Source: Akkermansia muciniphila (GTDB taxonomy: Bacteria > Verrucomicrobiota > Verrucomicrobiia > Limisphaerales > SIAT01). From it: a stretch of 62,598 nucleotides of DNA. Positions 57,460-62,598 of the stretch are shown here, piece after piece. The first letter of the stretch is position 1. Every line of letters starts with the position of its first letter. The stretch lies in the NCBI GenBank assembly GCA_945860945.1, contig CAMASG010000004.1, positions 1 through 62,598 on the forward strand. Reading direction: 5' to 3'. The position numbers and the translations under genes were made by a program. The notes beneath the pieces are model-generated. The model saw only the letters and a list, made by a program, of their open reading frames with translations. It was not told the origin of the DNA and did no database searches.

Positions 57460-58340
57460 ACGTTCGATCCGCTCCAGTGCAATTTGTGGCGCAACGTGGC
57501 GAAGAACGAATCGCCGGTGAGGCGCAGCAGTCGCACGGTCTGCCTGCTGCGGCGGATGGTGATGCGGTCACCGGCGTGAAGGTCCGCGCGCACTTGGCCG
57601 TCGGCCGAGAGATAGCTTTCGACGTGCTTGCTGATCACCTTCACCTCGATCGCGGAATCGAGGCTCACGATCAGCGAACGGTTCGAGAGCGTGTGCGGGC
57701 AGATTGGCGTGATGGCGAAAACCTCCGCGTTCGGGCTGACGATCGCGCCACCGGAGGCGAGCGAGTAAGCCGTGGAACCGGTCGGCGAGCTGAGGATGAG
57801 CCCGTCGCAGCGGTAGCGCGTGAGAGCCTCGCCGTCCACGCTCACTTCCAGTTCGATGAGGCGCGGCACGGTGCCGCGGCTGATGACGAGGTCGTTGACC
57901 GCGAGTTCAAGGAAAGGGCTGCCTTGCTTGCGGCCCGTGGCCTCGATCATCGGCAGCGTCTCCACGTTGCCGCCGCCGCTCCAGAGTTGTTTCAACGCTT
58001 GTGGAAGTTGCTTGGCCGACGCAGCGGTTAGGAATCCGAGACCGCCGATGTTGATGCCGAAGATAGGCGTCTTCGTTCCCGCCACTTCGCGGGCGACGCG
58101 GAGAATCGTGCCGTCGCCGCCAAAGACGAGAAGCAGATCTGCTTGGCGCGCGAGCGCGGCGGCGTTCTCGACGGTCGGCAGTTTCAGGCCGCTCATCTCA
58201 GCCGTGGCCTGCTCGGTGAGCGCGGCGCAACCGGCGGCGGTGATGAGGCTCGCGGCTTTGCACAAGATGGCGCGGCTCGCCGCCTTCTCGGTGTGGGCGA
58301 TGAGTCCGATGCGACGGAATTTGTCAGGCGACTTTTTCAA
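57456..58340 (-). CDS. nadK: NAD kinase
   Basis: GGDGT, GINIGGLGFL, NDL, DGLILSSPTGSTAYSLASGG. Confidence 0.95.
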   Translation of the reverse strand: MKKSPDKFRRIGLIAHTEKAASRAILCKAASLITAAGCAALTEQATAEMSGLKLPTVENAAALARQADLLLVFGGDGTILRVAREVAGTKTPIFGINIGGLGFLTAASAKQLPQALKQLWSGGGNVETLPMIEATGRKQGSPFLELAVNDLVISRGTVPRLIELEVSVDGEALTRYRCDGLILSSPTGSTAYSLASGGAIVSPNAEVFAITPICPHTLSNRSLIVSLDSAIEVKVISKHVESYLSADGQVRADLHAGDRITIRRSRQTVRLLRLTGDSFFATLRHKLHWSGSNV

Positions 58341-59091
58341 TCCAGGTCAAAAATTCTTTATTGCCAGCTGGGCCGAGTAACGGCGATTCGGTCACGCCGC
58401 GCCAGCGCAAATTCGGTTGCACGCTGATAAACGCTTCCAACTCGGCCAGCACTCGGGCGTGGATGGCGGGGTCGGTGATGACGCCCGCGCCTTTATCCGC
58501 TTCGGCTTTGCCGGCTTCGAACTGCGGCTTAATCAACGCGACGATGTTACCGCCCGGCCGAAGGATTGCAACCGCGGCGGGGAGCACGAGCCGGAGCGAG
58601 ATGAACGAGCAATCCACTACCACAAGATCCGGCGGGGCGGGGAAGTGCGCGGGCGTGAGGTGCCGCGCGTTGGTGCGTTCCATCACCGCGACGCGTGGGT
58701 CTTGCCGCAGCTTCCACGCGAGTTGACCGTGGCCAACATCGACAGCGAAGATTTTGGCGGCGCCGCGTTGTAGCAAACAATCGGTGAAGCCGCCGGTCGA
58801 AGCGCCGAGATCCGCGGCGATCCCGCCGGTCACGCTGAGTTTGAAAAAGTCGAGCGCGTGCTCGAGCTTGAATCCGCCTCGGCTGACGAACTTGTCACCA
58901 CTCTCGATGCCGATCACATCATCCGCCTTCACCGTGTCACTGGCCTTGTGCGCCAACTGGCCGTTCACGCGCGCCTGCCCCGCGAGGATAGCGCGTTTAG
59001 CCTTCTCGCGGCTATCGCACAGGCCGCGCTCGACCAAGGCCTGATCGAGGCGAATGGCTTTGCCGGTCGGTTTTGGTGCGGAGGGATTCAA
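58324..59091 (-). CDS. tlyA: TlyA-family rRNA 2'-O-methyltransferase
   Basis: S4-like RLDQALV; FVSRGGFKL, DLGASTGGFTD, DVGHGQL, DCSFISL, LIKPQFE, GPAGNKEF. Confidence 0.94.
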   Translation of the reverse strand: MNPSAPKPTGKAIRLDQALVERGLCDSREKAKRAILAGQARVNGQLAHKASDTVKADDVIGIESGDKFVSRGGFKLEHALDFFKLSVTGGIAADLGASTGGFTDCLLQRGAAKIFAVDVGHGQLAWKLRQDPRVAVMERTNARHLTPAHFPAPPDLVVVDCSFISLRLVLPAAVAILRPGGNIVALIKPQFEAGKAEADKGAGVITDPAIHARVLAELEAFISVQPNLRWRGVTESPLLGPAGNKEFLTWIEKVA

Positions 59092-59158
59092 TTTGAAATG
59101 ACGCGCATCGCGGTTGCGTCGGCTGGGGTTTTAGCCAAACTCACCGCCGGTCGCAAGG

Positions 59159-60244
59159 ATGAGCGAGCTGATTAAAAAAATCCGTGGCGAGATTGAGGCG
59201 AAAGGAATCGTCTCTTTCGCGCATTTTATGGAGCTCGCCCTCTACGCGCCGGGACTGGGTTATTACGAATGCGCCTCGCAACGCGTTGGTCGCGCGGGCG
59301 ATTTTTACACGAGCGTGAGCGTCGGCAGCCTGTTCGGTGAATTGCTGGCGTTTCAGTTCGCCGAATGGCTGAAGGCCGATGCCTGCGAGAAATGCCAACT
59401 GGTCGAAGCCGGCGCGCACGACGGCAAACTTGCGGCGGACATCCTCGGCCATCTTCAGAAGTTTCGTCCGCAGCTTTTCGAACGGCTCGAATACTGCATC
59501 ATGGAACCATCCGGCTCGCGGCAACAATGGCAGCGCGAGACGTTGGCCGGTTTCACGGGCAAGGTGAAATGGTTCGACTCGCTGGCGGCGCTGCCGGCCG
59601 TTCGCGGTGTGATTTTTAGCAACGAGTTGCTCGACGCTTTTCCTGTTCACCGCATCGGCTGGGACGCCGCGGCGCAGCAATGGTTCGAATGGGGCGTGCG
59701 CTGTGAGGGTGAACGATTTGTTTGGGAACGAATGATTGAGCCGGCGGCAAAAGCGGTGAGGAGCCAGACGTTGCAAGTGCCGCGTGAGTTGCGCGCGGTG
59801 TTGCCGGATGGTTTCACAACGGAGATCTGCCCCGCCGCTGCTGAGTGGTGGAGCGCCGCCGCGCGGAAGCTCGAGCACGGCCGATTGCTCGCGATTGATT
59901 ACGGGTTCTTGGCCGAGGAGTTTTACGCGCCGAACCGGGCAAACGGCACGCTGCGCGCCTACGCGCAGCACCGCGTGTGCGAGGATCCGTTGGCGAACGC
60001 TGGAGAACAGGATCTCACCGCCTCGGTGAATTTCACGGTGCTGCAAGTGATGGGTGAGTTGGAGGGATTGAAAACAGAACCGCTGGCAACGCAGGCGCAG
60101 TTTCTCACGCGCATTTTCGCAAGCACGATTTCGGAGAAGGGGCGGTTCGATGAGTGGACGTCGGCGCGCACGCGGCAGTTCCAGACGTTGACGCATCCCG
60201 AGCATCTCGGCCGACCGTTTCGCGTGGTGGTGCAATCGCGCTAA
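59159..60244 (+). CDS. MidA/NDUFAF7-family SAM-dependent methyltransferase
   Basis: FMELALYAPGLGYY, DFYTS, EAGAHDGKLA, SNELLDAFP, IDYG, QDLTASVNF. Confidence 0.9.
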   Translation: MSELIKKIRGEIEAKGIVSFAHFMELALYAPGLGYYECASQRVGRAGDFYTSVSVGSLFGELLAFQFAEWLKADACEKCQLVEAGAHDGKLAADILGHLQKFRPQLFERLEYCIMEPSGSRQQWQRETLAGFTGKVKWFDSLAALPAVRGVIFSNELLDAFPVHRIGWDAAAQQWFEWGVRCEGERFVWERMIEPAAKAVRSQTLQVPRELRAVLPDGFTTEICPAAAEWWSAAARKLEHGRLLAIDYGFLAEEFYAPNRANGTLRAYAQHRVCEDPLANAGEQDLTASVNFTVLQVMGELEGLKTEPLATQAQFLTRIFASTISEKGRFDEWTSARTRQFQTLTHPEHLGRPFRVVVQSR

Positions 60245-60311
60245 TGGATCGCGTGCGCTTGCATTCACTCGAATAGCCGGCAGACTTGGCGTGTCCCGCA
60301 AACGTGTCCCG

Positions 60312-61604
60312 ATGAAAACAAGCAACCCACTCACTCTCCTCGTTTTATTGACGACGTTCCTTCTCGCTCAATTCGTTCACGCTGCCGAGCAGTTGCCGAT
60401 CAAGCGGCTTCCTGCAACGGCCTTCGCCGTCCCGAAGGAGACGACGAGTGAGGGCAGCGGTTACTTCTCGATTATCGAAGGGCGGAATAACCGGCTCTAC
60501 ATCGGCACGGCGAAGTACCATCAGAACGGGTTTCTCGTCGAGTTCGATCCGATGACGCAAACGATGCGCGTGTCGGTGGATGCGCAGAAGGAGATTGGAA
60601 CCACAGCCACTGGTTTCGCCGCACAGGCGAAGATTCATACGCGCAATAACACTGGCCCGAGCGGTAAAATCTATTTCGGCACGAAGCAGGGTTATCCGAC
60701 AAAGGACGAGCAACGTAGCGATTATCTAGGTGGTTATCCGATGGTTTACGATCCAGCTACGGGCCAGACGAGGGTCTATCCGATTCCCGTTCCTCACCAC
60801 GGCATCATCAGCGTGACACCCGATGAAGCCCGGGGCGTGGCGTATGTCTCGACCTGTTCCGATGAGCGCCCGACGGAGAGCACGCACTTCATGGTGCTCG
60901 ATTTAGCGAATGGTACTTATCGCGAATTGCTCGATTGCCGGCACATGTACGGCTTCATCGTGGTGGACTGGCTCGGGCGCGCGTATCATCCGATCCTCGG
61001 CGGCGACATCGCGCGCTACGGTCCGCGCAGCGACAAGCTCGAACGATTGAAGCAAACCATCGACGGCCAGGCGCCCTCGAAAGAATCGTTACTCGCGCAT
61101 CCCGAGAGCCACCCGATCAACTGGGATATTTCGCCGGACGGCAAAACGCTTTTCGCGGTGGCGATGAGCGGCAACCAGCTTTACAGCTACGACCTCACGC
61201 AGTTGGGCGGGACGCTTCGCGGCCGCAGTCTTGGAAAACTTCTCGCCGACACAGAACGAACCGACTGTCGCGCGCTGTGCGTCGGGCCAAGCGGCACGGT
61301 TTGGGCGGCCGTCTGGGGCGTATCGAAAAGTGCTGGCAGTTATCTTCACGCGGTGAGTTGGCGGACTGGCGTTGCGCCGCCGCGCGATCACGGCGCGGTT
61401 GTCGTGCGTAATCCGAATTACACTCCGTTCGTGGACGCGGCCAGCAAGCCGTTGCCGTCGCATCACGGGATGAAACGGCTCGCTAATGGCACGATGGTGC
61501 CGCTCTATCACATGGGCATCTGCGAAGGACGCGACGGCGCGGTGAACATCCTGACCATCGCGCCCTACACGCTGCACCGCATTGCGTCGGGGGATTTGAA
61601 GTGA
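60312..61604 (+). CDS. Secreted beta-propeller protein of unknown function
   Basis: Signal peptide; AKIHTR motif; blades similar to 17557..18912. Confidence 0.7.
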   Translation: MKTSNPLTLLVLLTTFLLAQFVHAAEQLPIKRLPATAFAVPKETTSEGSGYFSIIEGRNNRLYIGTAKYHQNGFLVEFDPMTQTMRVSVDAQKEIGTTATGFAAQAKIHTRNNTGPSGKIYFGTKQGYPTKDEQRSDYLGGYPMVYDPATGQTRVYPIPVPHHGIISVTPDEARGVAYVSTCSDERPTESTHFMVLDLANGTYRELLDCRHMYGFIVVDWLGRAYHPILGGDIARYGPRSDKLERLKQTIDGQAPSKESLLAHPESHPINWDISPDGKTLFAVAMSGNQLYSYDLTQLGGTLRGRSLGKLLADTERTDCRALCVGPSGTVWAAVWGVSKSAGSYLHAVSWRTGVAPPRDHGAVVVRNPNYTPFVDAASKPLPSHHGMKRLANGTMVPLYHMGICEGRDGAVNILTIAPYTLHRIASGDLK

Positions 61605-62598
61605 GCCGCGCCTTTCGTCTCGGAGGATTGTTTTCTCTGCTGCTGGCCGCGATTGGTTGCGCCACGCCGCCGAAGAAAATCGCCGCCATCGTTTCGGTGT
61701 ATAACCACAACTCGCACGCGGACGCGATTGTCGGGCGGCTCATCGAGACCCACACGCTTGATGGCAAAGGGCCGCGGCCGAATCTTCAACTCGTCTCGCT
61801 CTACACCGATCAAGTACCGATCGATGACAAGAGCCGTCGCCTCGCAGCCAAGCACGGGTTCGCGATTTACACGAACGTGGCCGACACTCTCACGCTCGGC
61901 ACCGGCAAGCTCGCAGTGGATGGTGTGCTCTTCGTGATCGAGCACGGCAAATATCCCACGAACGAACTTGGCGCGACGATTTATCCGAAGCGCCGTTTGT
62001 TTGAAGAAGTCACGCAAGTGTTCCGCGACAGCAAGCGTGCTGTGCCGGTGTTTGTGGACAAGGCGCTCGCCGATAATTGGCGCGATGCGAAATGGCTGTA
62101 CGACGCTGCGCGTGAGTTGAACGCGCCGCTGATGGCCGGTTCGTCGTTACCGGTGCTGTGGCGCAAACCGCCGGCCGATGTGCGGCGTGGCGCGAAGTTG
62201 AAGGAGATTGTGGCCGTCTCTTATCACACGCTCGACCATTACGGCTTTCACGCGCTGGAGATTGTGCAGTGCCTTGCGGAGCGGCGCGCGAACGGGGAGA
62301 CCGGCGTGCGTGCGGTGCAGTGTTTGGTTGGTGACGCGGTGTGGGTCGCGGGCGAGCAGGGGATGTACGACAAGGAACTGCTCGCGGCCGCGTGGAGCCG
62401 CCTTGAGCCAAAACCCTCCACCAAAAAGCCAGTGCGCGAACTGGTGAAGGAGCCAGTGCTATGGTCGATCGAATATACCGATGGACTGCGCGCGACCATC
62501 CTCACATTGAATGGTGCGGTGACCGAATGGGCCGCGGCGTGGCGCGAAGCCGATGGCCGGAGCGACTCAACGCTTTTCTGGACGCAAGAGGCGCGGCC
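61601..62598 (+). CDS. Hypothetical lipoprotein, Gfo/Idh/MocA-like fold (3'-truncated by window edge)
   Basis: GTGA overlap; lipobox LAAIGC; SHADAIVGR, VDGVLFVIEHGKYP, PLMAGSSLP, HYGFHALE; no stop before window end, so absent from ORF track. Confidence 0.75.
   Translation, partial: MSRAFRLGGLFSLLLAAIGCATPPKKIAAIVSVYNHNSHADAIVGRLIETHTLDGKGPRPNLQLVSLYTDQVPIDDKSRRLAAKHGFAIYTNVADTLTLGTGKLAVDGVLFVIEHGKYPTNELGATIYPKRRLFEEVTQVFRDSKRAVPVFVDKALADNWRDAKWLYDAARELNAPLMAGSSLPVLWRKPPADVRRGAKLKEIVAVSYHTLDHYGFHALEIVQCLAERRANGETGVRAVQCLVGDAVWVAGEQGMYDKELLAAAWSRLEPKPSTKKPVRELVKEPVLWSIEYTDGLRATILTLNGAVTEWAAAWREADGRSDSTLFWTQEAR

Overview
62.6-kb GC-rich bacterial chromosomal segment, most likely from a Verrucomicrobiota/PVC organism. 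That assignment is inferred from two Tat-exported DUF1501 genes, DUF1549/DUF1553, PPC, CRTAC1/ASPIC-UnbV, YdjY and prenyltransferase-repeat genes, and from start codons that mostly lack a Shine-Dalgarno site. Housekeeping genes (alr, cysK, rho, smc, trxB, hisB, gyrB-gyrA, glgP, rlmN, hisH, sodA, rpmI-rplT, pheST, nadK, tlyA) are interleaved with secreted proteins of unknown function. No tRNA, rRNA, CRISPR array, transposase or integrase was found. The standout element is a non-coding unit of about 875 nt at 5250-6125. It has a perfect TATAAT -10, begins with a boxA-like GTTCTTTGAAA, folds almost continuously into hairpins and multi-way junctions with GNRA and recurring CGCAA loops, and ends in a terminator hairpin. 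It is a candidate large ornate ncRNA (MISL/GOLLD-like or new). It is preceded by an unannotated 33-aa Lys/Arg-rich ORF with its own terminator. Also notable: a flagellin-like 128-aa orphan, tandem NrdR-box-like sites before an apparently leaderless smc, an in-frame TAG in a permuted NlpC/P60 gene, a G6-tract frameshift in a DUF3050 gene, a phased 21-bp repeat array before gyrB, and nested inverted repeats at 54.7-55.1 kb. All family assignments come from recognising motifs by eye; no searches were run.
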